NCBI GenBank assembly: GCA_052168235.1
Contig: JBQLZK010000064.1
Span: forward strand, 1-41,672
From: Thainema sp.
GTDB lineage: Bacteria > Cyanobacteriota > Cyanobacteriia > Phormidesmidales > Phormidesmidaceae
Direction of reading: 5' to 3'
Length of the DNA stretch: 41,672 nucleotides
In this document: in pieces, positions 39,956 to 41,672 of the stretch
Layout of the letters: the number at the start of each line of letters is the position of its first letter
How positions within the stretch are numbered: the stretch's first letter is position 1
Position numbers and translations under genes: made by a program
Notes under the pieces: model-generated
Databases searched by the model: none
Told to the model about the DNA's origin: nothing
The model's input: the letters and a program-made list of their open reading frames with translations, nothing else

Positions 39956-40171
39956 GAATGTAGCTCCTTTAGGAAGTTGATAGGGATAAATTCAACGCTG
40001 GCTGCTTCAGCTCGGGAAATTTATCCCAAATAAGCGTTAAGTGAATTATTCCCATTCTAGAAACTCAGCAAACTTACGTCTCGTTATCCGCTGATCAGAG
40101 CGTTTTCCCAAAAGCCTATTCATACGACACAGCACAGCGCTACCTTTGATGAACGCTATAGAATCGAAGGG

Positions 40172-41158
40172 TTGTTACCAGGGATAGGACAGTCGGTGAT
40201 TGGATTTTTAATTGTGCTGCTGTCGTCGGTGTTTTTCTGTTTGCAAAATGTGACCGTGCGGGTGCTGTTTAACGACGTCAATATTTTCGGCATTTGGCAA
40301 ACAGGCGGATTTGTGCCACCCACGCTGGAGAATTCATTCCTGCTGCTGTTTATGCGCATGATTCTGGTGGTGCCGATTATGGCGGCAATTTCGTCACGGC
40401 TGTATGGGACAACCTGGAAAGATATTGCTAGTCTACGCCACGCGGACCAGCGCCCAACGCTCAGATATGCGATCGCAGGTGGAGTGTTAATGTTTCTCTA
40501 CCTGGTGCTGCTGTATATCTCAATTGGCCTGATTCCCACTGGCATTGCGTTAACTCTATTTTTTACCTATCCCATCTTCACCGCTCTCTTTTCCTGGCGA
40601 TTCTTTGGCAGTCGGCCCACCTGGTTTCGCTGGGGAATTATTGCCGCTGTTCTGGTTGGTAGTGTCCTGACTATGCCGCGTCCAGAAGCCACCGTTGGTC
40701 AACAAACCTGGCTGGGAACTGTGTTGGGCGTTGGATCGGGGATTGCCTATGCGCTGTATACCGTCAATGCTCAAAAAAGCTTTGAATCCTTTCATCCGGT
40801 GCCATTTACCTGGATCAGCTTCGCCACGACGCTGGTGCTGTCATCGATCAGTCTGTTCTTTTGGCAGGGTGATTTGGGAGCGCTGGACTGGACGGGGCTC
40901 TGGATTGGCGGACTGGTATCTGCGATCGCAACTCTAGTGGGTCACTTGCTCAACAACTATGGCATTCGGCTAATTGGTGCAACGTCAGCAGCGATGATTG
41001 GAGCAACAAATCCGGCGTTGACGGTAGTTTTGGCCTGGTTCGCAATTCAGGAAACGCTTAATTGGGTTCAGGTGATAGGCGTGTTGATTGTGACAGGAAG
41101 TGTGGCGCTGTTGAGCCAGGAGCGGAATGTATTGAGAAGAGTAAAAGGTGGGGAGTAA
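40172..41158 (+). CDS. EamA/DMT-family transporter
   Basis: About 10 TM segments in two EamA halves; LFFTYPIFTAL, IGATSAA..P.LTVVLAW...E.L; start uncertain. Confidence 0.85.
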   Translation: MLPGIGQSVIGFLIVLLSSVFFCLQNVTVRVLFNDVNIFGIWQTGGFVPPTLENSFLLLFMRMILVVPIMAAISSRLYGTTWKDIASLRHADQRPTLRYAIAGGVLMFLYLVLLYISIGLIPTGIALTLFFTYPIFTALFSWRFFGSRPTWFRWGIIAAVLVGSVLTMPRPEATVGQQTWLGTVLGVGSGIAYALYTVNAQKSFESFHPVPFTWISFATTLVLSSISLFFWQGDLGALDWTGLWIGGLVSAIATLVGHLLNNYGIRLIGATSAAMIGATNPALTVVLAWFAIQETLNWVQVIGVLIVTGSVALLSQERNVLRRVKGGE

Positions 41159-41363
41159 AGAGCGCTTGCGATTAGTCACGTTACTAAAAAAGCTGGGTTA
41201 GTTGATTAGGGAAGCGCGATCTCATGTTTCCATTGCAGAAAGTAAACTGAGATCGCACTTCTATCTAATTTCTGTGATTCAATTTTCTGGAAAATTTATG
41301 TAGCAATGTGGATCTAATTGATACTCGTCACTCCAAGCAGCTAAAAGCTGCTAGCCAAGCATC

Positions 41364-41654
41364 ATGGATTCATCCTGGCTTTTTCTTCTGCCTTATATCA
41401 ACCTAACTTACATGCTTTTAGGACTTATAGTCATTGCATATATTCATTTGACTAAGGTGAGGAAGGAAATAGGGCCTGAAGTTGATAGACATGCGGATCG
41501 AGGGAAACCGAATTTTTGGAAACTTATTGTTCCCAGTTGTTTATTGGAATCGATCTGTAGATCTACGGGCTTTATATTTTGGAGAATGATTGCAATCCTA
41601 TCCTGGACAAACTATTCTGGTTCTTCCGGGTTTAAGGTGAATTTCGTATACTAG
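41364..41654 (+). CDS. Hypothetical small membrane protein (AT-rich; may be degraded)
   Basis: ORF with N-terminal hydrophobic segment; no recognised motif. Confidence 0.3.
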   Translation: MDSSWLFLLPYINLTYMLLGLIVIAYIHLTKVRKEIGPEVDRHADRGKPNFWKLIVPSCLLESICRSTGFIFWRMIAILSWTNYSGSSGFKVNFVY

Positions 41655-41672
41655 GCGACAACCAGTAGACTG

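Overview
Chromosomal window from a filamentous, Leptolyngbya/Nodosilinea-like cyanobacterium. That assignment rests on more than 35 HIP1 octamers (GCGATCGC, counted by eye), heptamer STRR tracts and typical cyanobacterial gene families. Coding content, left to right: DUF2283, thrC, xylB, AIM24, DUF4336, a REC-GGDEF protein, a sugar/stress cluster (aldo-keto reductase, ASRT-family protein, TreS-like GH13, LLM oxidoreductase), a filamentous-haemagglutinin-domain protein with a TPR-CHAT protease, an MFS transporter, a ZIP-like membrane protein, a double ferritin-like protein, a disrupted GNAT gene, an ECF transporter split by a CYP110-like P450, a heme-c/HAMP sensor beside an MscS-cNMP channel, a wHTH-NB-ARC-WD40 STAND protein, the TIGR02587/02588 pair, a PAS histidine kinase, YccA/BI-1 and EamA. 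I saw no rRNA, tRNA, CRISPR array or transposase. The most interesting signals are non-coding. (1) A 90-bp TA-bounded hairpin element occurs four times; its stem shows compensatory changes and its C-GNA-G triloop is flipped between copies, and one truncated copy disrupts a GNAT gene. (2) Other ~90-120-bp TA-bounded elements have similar architecture, two with the same GNA mini-hairpin. (3) A 16-bp box-N22-TAnnnT promoter architecture recurs before three candidate stress genes. (4) 10-bp-phased AGTCA direct repeats lie in the divergent promoter of the STAND gene. All functional calls come from motif recognition without database searches.
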